Source: an uncultured cyanobacterium (lineage in GTDB: Bacteria > Cyanobacteriota > Cyanobacteriia > Phormidesmidales > Phormidesmidaceae). From it: a stretch of DNA of 64,000 bases. Position numbers and translations under genes: made by a program. This document shows positions 30,790 through 40,863 of the stretch, one piece after another (positions within the stretch are counted from its first letter, which is position 1; the number at the start of each line of letters is the position of its first letter). The DNA lies in NCBI GenBank assembly GCA_963793265.1, contig CAWBZI010000006.1, positions 480,001-544,000 on the forward strand, in the 5' to 3' direction. The notes under the pieces are model-generated. The model did no database searches and was not told where the DNA came from. It saw nothing but the letters and a program-made list of their open reading frames with translations.

Positions 30790-31575
30790 GTGATGACAGA
30801 TGAGCCTGATCTCAGCGCACTGAGCGAGCACCTAGGCTTGATGCTTGCTAATTGTAATGACGCTATTGCTAATGGTCTTTTAATAGAGCGTCAATCTAAA
30901 ACAGACAAAGAGTTTCACTTCCAAAACTGGTTCCAAAGAAGATTGGAAGCTCAATCGATAGATTTTGATGAGCCTGGTCGGAACACATATCCTGACTTTA
31001 GGCTGGTGCATCAGCCATTAGGTTATGAAATCAAAGGGTTAGCTTTTCCAGGTAGATTGAATGACTATGACTGCAATAGCCAAATGCCGCATGGTATACA
31101 TAGAGGCCGTCATATTTTTTACGTTTTTGGACGCTATCCTGCGAAGCCAGAGTCTGATAGCTACAGTGTGCATGATCTCATAATTTGTCATGGCTCACTG
31201 TTGAATGCTAATAAAAATTACATTCACAAAAATAAGAGCGTTCGAGGCATGGGGAGCTACGGCGATATTTTGCTACGTGATCGCAAAATGTACGTAGCAC
31301 CAACTCCTTTTGGTCTGTTGCAAGGCGTAGAGCGTCAAGTAACGCTAATACTGCCAGCTCATTGGCCGCATCCGTCCGCTACGACTGCTGTTGGCACCAT
31401 TACTCGAACTGAAGCTGATAGCATTATGACGGGGTACACATTCGATTTGACTTCAAATGAGCTAACCGCTCAGTATGCTAGCAATCCAGCAGCTATCGGA
31501 CAGCACTCTTTTGTGGCCTACCGAGCTGTAGAAGCTCCCGGCCCTCCTGTTGCTCTTCGTGAGATATTAGTTTGA
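30790..31575 (+). CDS. putative type II restriction endonuclease
   Basis: YPDF...YEIKG (PD-ExK core); abuts a C5 MTase. Confidence 0.75.
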   Translation: MMTDEPDLSALSEHLGLMLANCNDAIANGLLIERQSKTDKEFHFQNWFQRRLEAQSIDFDEPGRNTYPDFRLVHQPLGYEIKGLAFPGRLNDYDCNSQMPHGIHRGRHIFYVFGRYPAKPESDSYSVHDLIICHGSLLNANKNYIHKNKSVRGMGSYGDILLRDRKMYVAPTPFGLLQGVERQVTLILPAHWPHPSATTAVGTITRTEADSIMTGYTFDLTSNELTAQYASNPAAIGQHSFVAYRAVEAPGPPVALREILV

Positions 31576-31576
31576 A

Positions 31577-32710
31577 ATGACTAAGGCATTGCACAACAAA
31601 TATTCTGTAGTAGGTTTGTGCTCGGGCGCTGGTGGGTTGGATCTGGGGTTTGAGCTGGCAGGCTTTCATCACACGTATGCTATCGATAGCGATGCTTGGG
31701 CCACTCAAACGCTAGCTCGAAATCGCCCTAAGTGGAACGTTGAGTGCGGTGATATTCAAGATCTAACGCTGAAAAAAGACTCTGTAGATGTTCTACTAGC
31801 AGGTGTTCCTTGTCAGGGCTTTTCGCTAGGCGGCAATCGGGAAGATGAAGACCCGCGAAATCAGCTATACAAGCATGTGTTGAGGATTGCGATCACAGCA
31901 TCACCGCGAGTAATTGTCATTGAGAACGTTTTGAACCTTCGTACGATGAAGTCGCCCGAAACGGGCAAATCCTTTGCGGCTCAAATCTCTGAAGATTTGA
32001 CCAAATGCGGATATACCGTTTTTCACGACATTTTTAAAATGTGCCATTACGGTGTTCCTCAGACTCGTCGTCGGTTTGTGTTTGTCGCCTTTCGTGAGAC
32101 TCCCCCGCCAGGATACGTTTTACCTCAGCCAGAGGCTCAAGCAACTTCAATTCGTCCTTTCTTGTTTGATCTAGGCAATGAGAAAGATAGTCTTACGCTT
32201 CCTAACCATTCACCTTCCTGGGGATTTAGTAGTTCAGTTCATGTCGAAACAGGCGAGCCTTTTGATGATTCTGAAGTTATTTTACCTGTGCGGTTCTCAA
32301 GAACGGCATCGGATGGAAACCCGGTAAGAAGCTACGATACCCCTTTTCCGGCTATAGATACTGCAACCGTCTGGGGTTGGGCTCAAGGCAATATTGAAGC
32401 TGTGCGCAAAGCAAAGGATCGTGTGAACGGGAAACACATCCGCAATCCAAAGGCAAAGGTTACGCTATGGCGGATATCGGCTTCGCGCCTCCGCGCCTTT
32501 ACGCATCGTGAGTATGCGCGCCTGCAAACGTTCCCTGACGACTGGGCGTTTCTAGGCGCTAACAAACGTGATATTCATAAGCAAATAGGCAATGCTGTGC
32601 CGGTTGAGTTTGCTAAGCGCCTTGCTGAAAACATATCAGAAGCGCTCAACTGTATTGACACTGGCACTAGCTTTTCAAGCCAGAATCAGCAAATGCTTCT
32701 GTTTGCCTGA
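31577..32710 (+). CDS. DNA cytosine-5 methyltransferase
   Basis: GLCSGAGG, PCQGFS, ENV, QTRRR, REYARLQTFP, IGNAVP. Confidence 0.95.
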   Translation: MTKALHNKYSVVGLCSGAGGLDLGFELAGFHHTYAIDSDAWATQTLARNRPKWNVECGDIQDLTLKKDSVDVLLAGVPCQGFSLGGNREDEDPRNQLYKHVLRIAITASPRVIVIENVLNLRTMKSPETGKSFAAQISEDLTKCGYTVFHDIFKMCHYGVPQTRRRFVFVAFRETPPPGYVLPQPEAQATSIRPFLFDLGNEKDSLTLPNHSPSWGFSSSVHVETGEPFDDSEVILPVRFSRTASDGNPVRSYDTPFPAIDTATVWGWAQGNIEAVRKAKDRVNGKHIRNPKAKVTLWRISASRLRAFTHREYARLQTFPDDWAFLGANKRDIHKQIGNAVPVEFAKRLAENISEALNCIDTGTSFSSQNQQMLLFA

Positions 32711-32721
32711 ATTAATTTTGT

Positions 32722-33489
32722 CTACGGAGACATATCCATCTGAATTGCCCGGCTGTTCAATTGTTGTAAAGGGCGATTGTTGTGATTAAGTAGCTTCTTA
32801 TAGCCGTCAATTTCCGCTGCACTCAGGCTAACTGGCTCGGTCATAACCAACCACGTCACCGATTCTGAGCAGGGTGGGGTCGTCAGCGAACCGCTATAGC
32901 GATAAGTTGTTGTTTTATTCGGCAACAGATTTTGCGCATTGATAGTTTGTTGCGTACGAATTCTATCGCCCGCTTTGGTAGGCAGGCTTTGGCTCAGCGA
33001 CGCATATTCAACAGTGCCATTAACATCATCTGTCTGTAGCAAGACAGCAACCACAGCCAAATCACCCTCATCGCTTTGATGAACTAGATGTAGTTCTGCG
33101 TCCCATGGTTTGCCTTCTACGGCATGTTCGCTTGGGCTGTGAAAGTGGAACTGAAGTAGGTTGTAGCGATCGCCTTCGAGGATAATATAGCTACCGGGCG
33201 CGTAAGGCACCTTAACAGTGTGGCCGTTATTTAGGATGTTGAGCGGCACGGGCTCGTAGTGAAAGTCAGGGTTAGTGAGATCTGCGAATTCAGCGGCGGT
33301 GAGATTAATCGGGGATTGGCCTTTGCCGCTGGCGCAGGCTTTAAAGGTGGGGTCTAGCTCGGCCCAATGGTCGGGGCCAGTGGCGGACTGGTAAGTCCAG
33401 GGGGTTTCAGGTGTAGCGATCGCAGGCGAGCTAATACCGAACCATAAGTAGAAGAATAAGACCGCAATACAAGCCTTGATTATGCACAT
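32722..33489 (-). CDS. alpha-class carbonic anhydrase, secreted
   Basis: signal peptide, QSPINL, QFHFHSPSEH, ELHLVH, GSLTTPPC. Confidence 0.93.
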   Translation of the reverse strand: MCIIKACIAVLFFYLWFGISSPAIATPETPWTYQSATGPDHWAELDPTFKACASGKGQSPINLTAAEFADLTNPDFHYEPVPLNILNNGHTVKVPYAPGSYIILEGDRYNLLQFHFHSPSEHAVEGKPWDAELHLVHQSDEGDLAVVAVLLQTDDVNGTVEYASLSQSLPTKAGDRIRTQQTINAQNLLPNKTTTYRYSGSLTTPPCSESVTWLVMTEPVSLSAAEIDGYKKLLNHNNRPLQQLNSRAIQMDMSP

Positions 33490-33596
33490 AAACGATAGCG
33501 AAAAACTTGCTGATGCCTGAGAGAATATCCTATCTGGAGATACTTTGGGGGCAATAGAAAACGAACCTTAAAGTTCTAGAATTCTCTCAATCTTCT

Positions 33597-34325
33597 TCAG
33601 AGCACGTTGTTAGAAAGGGCGTAGGCAAGTCCGGCCTGTTGAGCTTGGGTGAGCTGAGTGAAGCCGAAGCTAGCGAGGGCCACAGGCTCAATAGCGCTGT
33701 CGGTGGCAATGATAGTTTCCCCCTCGCTGGTTTGTAAGTGTCCTGTGCCCTTACGACTGCTGACGGTGTAGGGTTCGGCTTTGCCTGCTGCTACGGTGTA
33801 GCCGTCTTCAGTGGCTTTGAGGTCGTAGATGGCGCTGCCGCCAGCACGAGAGAGGGTGGCGTTGCCGTTGTCTTCGCGGCGGAAGGTGAAGAGGGTTTTG
33901 CTGCGCTTGGGGTTTTCGATGTGCCAGGCGTTTTCGCGGCGGGCGATGTAGCCAACGGTTTTGTTGTTGATGTCGTTGAGCTGAATGGAGCCATCGCCTT
34001 TTATGATGAGGCTGGTGATGACTTTGCCGCTGCGGTCGATGAGCTTACCGCCAGTTGGCTTGAACTGAAGCGAAAATTCGGGGGTGCCGTCAGCTTCACG
34101 AAAGATAATTTTGTGAGAGGGGAGGCCCGATTGAAAAGAGGGGGTGGTGCCTTCGCGGGGCTCTTTGGTGGCTGGCTCTTTTGTTTCTGCTTCTGCGTCT
34201 AAGGCTGAAGAAGGTGTGGTGGAGAGGGTGCTTTCTTCGAGCAGTTGGGGTTGGGACTGGCAGGCTGTGAGTAAAAGGGTAGTGGCGAGGCTGATGTAGC
34301 TGAGCGATCGCAATAATTCGGTCAT
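33597..34325 (-). CDS. hypothetical lipoprotein
   Basis: lipobox LLTAC after a hydrophobic stretch; beta-rich body. Confidence 0.65.
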   Translation of the reverse strand: MTELLRSLSYISLATTLLLTACQSQPQLLEESTLSTTPSSALDAEAETKEPATKEPREGTTPSFQSGLPSHKIIFREADGTPEFSLQFKPTGGKLIDRSGKVITSLIIKGDGSIQLNDINNKTVGYIARRENAWHIENPKRSKTLFTFRREDNGNATLSRAGGSAIYDLKATEDGYTVAAGKAEPYTVSSRKGTGHLQTSEGETIIATDSAIEPVALASFGFTQLTQAQQAGLAYALSNNVL

Positions 34326-34429
34326 AATTTTCGGTAATCTACTAACGGCCTGCAAAGCGACTTTTTCATGAGATTTGGCTAAGTACGATTTGCTGTGAAA
34401 CGCTGGTTTTTATACCGAGATCCTATCCT

Positions 34430-35134
34430 ATGGCTTCAGCAAATAGTCAATTTGAAGCGCAGCCGTTCTTGCATACGACGCCTACAGAGGCCGTAGCGCA
34501 GTTAATACATAAGTCTGTGACGATTAGCAACAAAACCTTTGAAATCGCCTATCCGGGCAATGCCGATCGCCTGTTAGATCATCCTAGTACGCACGATGCC
34601 TTTGCAGCAGATGAGTATATGCCTTATTGGGCGGAGCTGTGGCCGTCTTCGCAGATGTTGGGGGAGGTGCTGCTGGGCTCTGAGCAGGATTTGCCGAGCG
34701 GGACGGTGCTGGAAATTGGCTGTGGGGTGGGGCTGGCAGGGGTGGTGGCGCTGTCTTTGGGGCGGCACGTAATTTTTAGCGATTACGATGCGACGGCGGT
34801 GGACTTTGCGGCGAATAATGCTAGGGCTAATGGCTTTGATGATTTTGAAAGGATGCCTATGGACTGGCGGGTGCCGCCGGAGCTGAAGGTGCCGGTTATT
34901 TTGGCGGCGGATGTGATTTATGAGGAGCGGAATGTTGCACCGCTGATTGCATTTGTTCAGGCGGTGTTAGCGCCGGGTGGGGTGTGTCTGCTGAGTGACC
35001 CGGATCGCTCTACGAAGGGCGGATTTCGGTTTGCGCTGAAGCAGGCTGGGATGAGTTTTGCACGGCAGGCGGTGAGTGCGCCGGGGCCGGAGGGGCGGGT
35101 GGTTGAGGGGTCGGTTTATTGGATTAGGGGGTAG
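34430..35134 (+). CDS. class I SAM methyltransferase (Methyltransf_16-like)
   Basis: PYWAELWPS, VLEIGCGVG, LAADVIYE. Confidence 0.85.
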   Translation: MASANSQFEAQPFLHTTPTEAVAQLIHKSVTISNKTFEIAYPGNADRLLDHPSTHDAFAADEYMPYWAELWPSSQMLGEVLLGSEQDLPSGTVLEIGCGVGLAGVVALSLGRHVIFSDYDATAVDFAANNARANGFDDFERMPMDWRVPPELKVPVILAADVIYEERNVAPLIAFVQAVLAPGGVCLLSDPDRSTKGGFRFALKQAGMSFARQAVSAPGPEGRVVEGSVYWIRG

Positions 35135-35149
35135 GCGTTTGATGATTGA

Positions 35150-36103
35150 TTAGCGCTTGTTTGCTTGAGAGGCGATCGCAGGCTTTTTCAACACTCTGAA
35201 AATGATGAACGAAAAAATTAGCAGCAGCAGGGCAGTGAAAAACAACGCGGCGAAGCTTACACCGACGCTGGCAATGCTGAAGATGGCGGGAGCAGGTAGC
35301 ACGCTGTCGGGGCTGGTGACGAAGAGGAAAATAGCGATGTTATTGGCCGCGTGAACGCCTAGCGCCAGTTCTAGGGTTTTGTCTTTGACGGTGAGCCAGG
35401 CTAAAAAAGCGCCGATGAGAAAGTAGTAGCCCATGAGGCTTAGGGTGCTTTCGAGGTCTGCTTGGGCGGCGACTTCTGGATTGCTGCTGTGGAGGGCGGC
35501 GAAAAGGGTGGCGGTAAGTAGGATGGCTGTCCATTTGCCAAATTTACTGCCGATGCCCTGGAGCAGGTAGCCCCGGCAAAAGAGTTCTTCGGCGGCGATT
35601 TGGATGGGGGTGAGCAGCAGTACCCAGATGAGGAATATAAAGAAGATTCTGGGCTCGAAGATGAGGGTGAAGTCTTGCGGGGCCAGGGCGTAGCTGATGC
35701 CCAGTTCGATTAGCTTGAGGATGAAGAATACGCTGAAGCCCTGACCGATGCGCCGCCAGTTGATGCGATCGCCCGGCGTGATCAGTGAAAGCAGCGATCG
35801 CCCATGCAAAGACCGAACCGACCAGTCAATACCCAGAATAAAAACGAAAAATGCCAGATTGGCAGCGATAAAAAAGAGTGTCGAGCTAACGCCTGTAAAC
35901 GGAAGCTCTCCCGACACAATTTCGTCAGCCGCGAGCAGCCTGGAGGCAGGGTTGCCATCAGCTTGAACGTAAATGAACAGGAACGCCCAGCTAAGAAGCC
36001 CTCCCGGAATAATGAAGGCAAATAGCGACAGCGCCGAGCCTGCTAAGTACCGCCAGCTCTCGTTTTTACCTCGGCGGGCAATCTCAAAAAACGGATTTAT
36101 CAT
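35150..36103 (-). CDS. CPBP (CAAX/Abi) intramembrane metalloprotease
   Basis: EELFCRGY, FAALH, HAANN. Confidence 0.88.
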   Translation of the reverse strand: MINPFFEIARRGKNESWRYLAGSALSLFAFIIPGGLLSWAFLFIYVQADGNPASRLLAADEIVSGELPFTGVSSTLFFIAANLAFFVFILGIDWSVRSLHGRSLLSLITPGDRINWRRIGQGFSVFFILKLIELGISYALAPQDFTLIFEPRIFFIFLIWVLLLTPIQIAAEELFCRGYLLQGIGSKFGKWTAILLTATLFAALHSSNPEVAAQADLESTLSLMGYYFLIGAFLAWLTVKDKTLELALGVHAANNIAIFLFVTSPDSVLPAPAIFSIASVGVSFAALFFTALLLLIFSFIIFRVLKKPAIASQANKR

Positions 36104-36127
36104 AGGCGCTTGACTTAAACGGTGAAT

Positions 36128-38101
36128 TTAAACGACGGCTCTAATCTGAGCAATTTCGCGCTCGGTTTGTAGCTTTTGAATGCGGCCTACGGTGCCTTCA
36201 GGAATCGCAGCAATCAGCTTTTGCGTATACTCACGGCGCGGGCGACGGTAGATTTCTTCGGCGGGGCCAATTTCTTCAATACGACCTTGGTTCATCACCA
36301 TGATGCGATCGCTCATAAACTTCACCACGCCCAAATCGTGAGAGATAAAGATATAGGTCAGCTTAAACTCAGCCTGCAATTCTTTGAGTAAGTTCAACAC
36401 CTGCGCCTGCACAGATACGTCTAGCGCTGAAACAGACTCATCGCAAATGATGAACTTAGGGTTGAGCGCTAAGGCTCTGGCGATGCAAACCCGCTGCCGC
36501 TGACCACCTGAGAACTCGTGCGGATAGCGGTTAATCGCCCGAGGGTCAAGGCCGACGCGATCAAGTAGGTATTCGATACGCTCTTTGAGGTTGCGTTTGC
36601 CGCGTAGGGTGTTGTGAATTTTGAGCGGTTCTGCGATCGCCGCCCCAATACTCATCCGAGGATTCAACGAACTGTACGGATCTTGGAAAATAATCTGCAT
36701 CTCGCGCCGACGCTTGCGCAGTTGACCGCCGCGAAGCCGGGTCAAATCGCGCCCTTCAAACCACACGCGCCCGTCCATTGGTTTGATCAGTTGGAGGAGC
36801 GATCGCCCCAAAGTCGTCTTACCACAGCCCGACTCGCCTACTAACCCAAAGGTTTCACCCGTATACACCTTAAAAGACACATCATTCACGGCCATCACAT
36901 AGCGATCGACCCCGCCAAACACGCCTTTCACTGGAAAGCCAACCTTTAAATTATCAACTGTGAGCAGCGGGCCTTTATCTTCCAAGGCTTCCAGGCGAAT
37001 CTGCATTTCGCGCGGGCTAATTTCAGTCACCGGGGGCAGGCCGGGGCCGTAGTCGTCTTGAGGCTTGGCGCGGATGATCACATTGCCTTCAGCGTCGGGC
37101 ACTTCTTCCATGTAGTCGGAAACGGTAGAAAGATGCCGAAGCCGACGATCGGGCTGCGGGCGGCAGGCTAAAAGGCCGCGCGTGTAGGGATGGCTAGGAT
37201 CTTCAAATATTTGCAGCACCGAGCCGGTTTCAACCACGTTGCCCTGATACATCACGGCCACCTGATCGGCAATTTCAGCGATGATGCCAAGGTCGTGCGT
37301 GATGAAAATCATCGACATGCCCCGGCGATCGCGCAGCTCCCGCAGCAAATCTAAAATCGTGGCCTGCACCGTCACATCTAAAGCCGTCGTCGGCTCGTCG
37401 GCAATCAGCAGCGAGGGATTTGAGGAAATCGCCATGGCGATCATCAGGCGCTGAAGCTGACCGCCCGAGAGCTGGTGGGGATAGCGGTCTAGGAGCGATC
37501 GCTTACGCCTTTTAGCCTCACGGTTAATCACACTAATATTATCGGTGCCCAGCTCTTCACTAAGCTGCTCGTATAGCTCAGCGTCACTCGGCAGCAGCTT
37601 CACCTCCTGAAGCTGCGACAGGGCCAAATCCCGCGCGGCCCGCTTAGAAATTCTCTGGTGCTGCCTGATCGCCTCAACGAGCTGAAACCCGCAGGTATAC
37701 ACCGGGTTTAGCGAACTCATCGGCTCCTGGAAAATCATCGCGATTTGGCCACCACGATAGCGCCGGAGCTTACGCTTAGGCACTTTTCGCAGGTCAATCG
37801 GCTCTTTGGCATCTCGCTCTGTAAATAGAATTTTTCCGCCTGTGACCTCCCCCGGCGGGCTGGGCACCAGTCCCATTACCGCCAGCGACGTAACCGATTT
37901 ACCCGAGCCTGATTCGCCCACAATGCCGATGGTCTGCCCGCGCTGAAGCGTAAACGACACGTCATCTACGGCCCGAACGCTCTGCTGCGTGCTGTCGCCA
38001 TCGGTGGCAAATTCAACGGTGAGGTTCTGAACCTCTAAAATAATGTCGCTGGGTGTATCGTTGGGAGTGTCATTCATAGTGATGGAGGCAGCAGTGACCA
38101 A
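36128..38101 (-). CDS. peptide ABC transporter, fused double ATPase
   Basis: two Walker A motifs ([16 protein letters not shown]), YPHQLSGGQ and YPHEFSGGQ. Confidence 0.93.
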   Translation of the reverse strand: MVTAASITMNDTPNDTPSDIILEVQNLTVEFATDGDSTQQSVRAVDDVSFTLQRGQTIGIVGESGSGKSVTSLAVMGLVPSPPGEVTGGKILFTERDAKEPIDLRKVPKRKLRRYRGGQIAMIFQEPMSSLNPVYTCGFQLVEAIRQHQRISKRAARDLALSQLQEVKLLPSDAELYEQLSEELGTDNISVINREAKRRKRSLLDRYPHQLSGGQLQRLMIAMAISSNPSLLIADEPTTALDVTVQATILDLLRELRDRRGMSMIFITHDLGIIAEIADQVAVMYQGNVVETGSVLQIFEDPSHPYTRGLLACRPQPDRRLRHLSTVSDYMEEVPDAEGNVIIRAKPQDDYGPGLPPVTEISPREMQIRLEALEDKGPLLTVDNLKVGFPVKGVFGGVDRYVMAVNDVSFKVYTGETFGLVGESGCGKTTLGRSLLQLIKPMDGRVWFEGRDLTRLRGGQLRKRRREMQIIFQDPYSSLNPRMSIGAAIAEPLKIHNTLRGKRNLKERIEYLLDRVGLDPRAINRYPHEFSGGQRQRVCIARALALNPKFIICDESVSALDVSVQAQVLNLLKELQAEFKLTYIFISHDLGVVKFMSDRIMVMNQGRIEEIGPAEEIYRRPRREYTQKLIAAIPEGTVGRIQKLQTEREIAQIRAVV

Positions 38102-38179
38102 AGCTAGAACTCAACCGGTACAATTAGCAAGCATCATATCAGTGTTGAGCAGAATCGCTCACCATTTTTGTCCTTACTA

Positions 38180-39271
38180 ATGACTCAACTTGCGATCGCT
38201 GTTTTCATCGTTATCATCGGCTCGGCCCTGTGTTCTGGCATCGAAACAGCGCTCCTCTCCATTCCACTCCTCAAGGCCAGACAGCTCACCCAAACGCAGC
38301 CCAGTCCAGCCGCTACAGCTCTGCTTTCTATTCGCCAGCATGTCAGCCGCCCGATTGCGACCATTGTCATTCTCAACAACATTTTCAACATTGTTGGCAG
38401 TATTGTAGTCGGTCGGCTCGCGGCGACTGTATTTGACAATACCGGCCTTGGTATATTTTCAGCCGGGCTCACCTTTGCCATCATTTTGTTTGCCGAAATT
38501 CTGCCTAAGACGGTAGGCGAACGCTACGCAGAAAACATTGGTCTGATGGTGGCGATTCCCGTTCGCGGGGCGACGTTTTTTTGCACGCCTTTGATCTGGC
38601 TGCTAGAGCGTATTACCGCGCCGTTGACCAAAGGCTCTCGTAAGCCGATTACTGATGAGTCAGAGATTAAGCTGCTGACGGTGCTGGGCTACCAGGAAGG
38701 GCTGATTGAAGATGACGAAGTGGAAATGATCGACCGGGTTTTTCGGCTGAATGACCTGAAGGCGGCTGATATTATGACGCCTCGGGTGGCGATTACCTTC
38801 ATTTCGGCAGAGTCAGTTCTACGCGATATTCAAGACGAGATTATTAAGTCGCAGCACACGCGGATTTTGGTGATTCAAGAAGACTTGGATCATGTGGTGG
38901 GCGTGGCGCTGAAGGCGGAGCTGCTGACGGCGCTGGTGCAAGGGCATGGCGATGTGCAAATTAAGAGCATTATGCGCCGGGTTCACTATGTCCCGGATAC
39001 TGAGCGCACCGATAAGCTGATTAAGACGTTTCAGTCTTTGCGGGAGCACCTGATGGTGGTGGTCGATGAGTATGGCGGCGTTTCGGGGGTGGTGACGCTT
39101 GAAGATACCCTGGAAGTGCTCACGGGCGAGATTGTGGATGAGACGGATCGCAACGTAGATCTTCAGGCGTTTGCGCGGCAAAGGCAGAAGCGGATTTTGC
39201 GGCGGAGTGGGTTTGTGAAAAAGAAGGTTGTGCACGAGCCGCTGTCGCCTGCTAGCTCGGGGATGGAATGA
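38180..39271 (+). CDS. CNNM/DUF21-CBS membrane protein (hemolysin/CorB-like)
   Basis: CSG.ETAL, AEILPKT, DIMTPR, VVDEYGG..G.VTLED. Confidence 0.88.
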   Translation: MTQLAIAVFIVIIGSALCSGIETALLSIPLLKARQLTQTQPSPAATALLSIRQHVSRPIATIVILNNIFNIVGSIVVGRLAATVFDNTGLGIFSAGLTFAIILFAEILPKTVGERYAENIGLMVAIPVRGATFFCTPLIWLLERITAPLTKGSRKPITDESEIKLLTVLGYQEGLIEDDEVEMIDRVFRLNDLKAADIMTPRVAITFISAESVLRDIQDEIIKSQHTRILVIQEDLDHVVGVALKAELLTALVQGHGDVQIKSIMRRVHYVPDTERTDKLIKTFQSLREHLMVVVDEYGGVSGVVTLEDTLEVLTGEIVDETDRNVDLQAFARQRQKRILRRSGFVKKKVVHEPLSPASSGME

Positions 39272-40863
39272 GGCCAGGAATGAAGCTTTCTGCGACTAGC
39301 AAGGATGTTCTATTTCTCGTGGGCTGGTCGGGGCTGCTGATTGCAACGACGTTTGTGCAGCCAAGCTTGATGGCACATGACGAGGGGAATTTTGCGGCTG
39401 AGGCGCGGTTTATGGCGGAGTCGGGGCGGTGGGTGGCGCGGCTGTGGTGGGATCGTCCGGTGTATACGCATGGGATTATGCTGAACTGGCTGATGGTGCT
39501 GAGCTATAAGGTGTTTGGCATTTATGACTGGGCGGCGCGGTTGCCGAGTGCGATCGCTTGCGTCACCGCCGTTCTATTCACCTACGACATCAGCAAAATC
39601 ATCACGGGCAAACGCATCCTGGGCCTGCTCTCTGCGGCGCTGCTCATGCTGTTTCACCTGTGGTTCCAATACGGCCACTTGGGAACGCAGGACATGCTGC
39701 TGGTCTGCCTGGAACTGCTGGGCATTTGGAGCTTGCTAAAGGCCGAAGCGCAGCCGTCTAAAAGGATGATTTGGGGCTTTGTGAGCGGCTTGGTAATTGG
39801 GCTGGGCTTTCTCACCAAAAGCTTTATGATTTTGCTGCCTGCTGTGGCGCTGGTGCCGTATTTAGTTTTTCAACATCGCCGTCATCGGCATTTGACGAAT
39901 CCGGGTTTGTATATTGGCCTGGCGACGGGCTTGGGACTGGTGGGGCTGTGGCTGACGCTGAGCATTGCGCAGTATGGCGATGTGGTGATGTCCTCACTGT
40001 TTGGCAAAATTGGTGAGCTAGGCGCGAAGCCGTTTCATGCAGATGCGGGGCGGTTTTATTATTTTTGGAATATCCCGGCGAATGGGTTTCCCTGGCCGCT
40101 ATTTTCTGTGATTGGCGTTTGGTTTTGCTGGGGTGATCGCAAACAAACAAACCCCTATCGATGGCTGCTAATCTACCCGTTCATTTTGTTCGGCCTGCTG
40201 ACTTCGTTCTCAACGCGAACGCCGTATTACACCTTACAGCTCTATCCCTTTCTAGCCTTGTTTGGCGTGATCGCCCTCCACCGCATCGCCACTCAGCCTT
40301 TAAAGTGGCCAAGACGACTGCTTAGCATTGCCTTTGGCACACTAGCCTTTATGCTCGCCGCCGTCGCCCTCTTCGCATTATTAGCACCCGCGAGCGATCT
40401 TACGACAACCATCAGACCCTACGCGCCAATTGCTGTCATCTTAGGCTCAGGCTGGCTGTGCTTACCGTTTGTTGTCAACACACCGCGTAAGTGGCTAGCG
40501 ACCTGGCTATTGCCCGTTTGGCTAACGCTAGGCGCGGCTGGCATTACTGGACTATTTGGTAACTACAGCGCCGAATTTATGACCGACTTAGCGCAGACGC
40601 CTCAAGCAGCCCTCGCTCAGCCTATGGTCTTCATTACAGGTGATGACTGGCCAGATCCTGAAGCCCACAAAACGATGATTCTGTTGAGCTTTTACACGCC
40701 GCTACTGGGCGATCGCAACCCACCTACCCAGAACATCGTGCCGGGAACGTATGCCTGGCTCGCGCCAAACGCAGAGATAGACGCTTTGAAGTCTGAGCGA
40801 CCTTACGACACTATTACAGATGTTGAACAGTGGGAGCTAATTCGCTTTCTTGATTCGGAATGA
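39268..40863 (+). CDS. ArnT/PMT-family GT-C glycosyltransferase
   Basis: AHDEG.F, ARLPSA, QDMLL, GFLTKS; polytopic. Confidence 0.82.
   Translation: MRPGMKLSATSKDVLFLVGWSGLLIATTFVQPSLMAHDEGNFAAEARFMAESGRWVARLWWDRPVYTHGIMLNWLMVLSYKVFGIYDWAARLPSAIACVTAVLFTYDISKIITGKRILGLLSAALLMLFHLWFQYGHLGTQDMLLVCLELLGIWSLLKAEAQPSKRMIWGFVSGLVIGLGFLTKSFMILLPAVALVPYLVFQHRRHRHLTNPGLYIGLATGLGLVGLWLTLSIAQYGDVVMSSLFGKIGELGAKPFHADAGRFYYFWNIPANGFPWPLFSVIGVWFCWGDRKQTNPYRWLLIYPFILFGLLTSFSTRTPYYTLQLYPFLALFGVIALHRIATQPLKWPRRLLSIAFGTLAFMLAAVALFALLAPASDLTTTIRPYAPIAVILGSGWLCLPFVVNTPRKWLATWLLPVWLTLGAAGITGLFGNYSAEFMTDLAQTPQAALAQPMVFITGDDWPDPEAHKTMILLSFYTPLLGDRNPPTQNIVPGTYAWLAPNAEIDALKSERPYDTITDVEQWELIRFLDSE

Noticed and set aside
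22458..33489. functional link between the ClC channel and the alpha carbonic anhydrase
   Set aside because: About 9 kb apart with unrelated genes between; no sequence evidence of co-regulation
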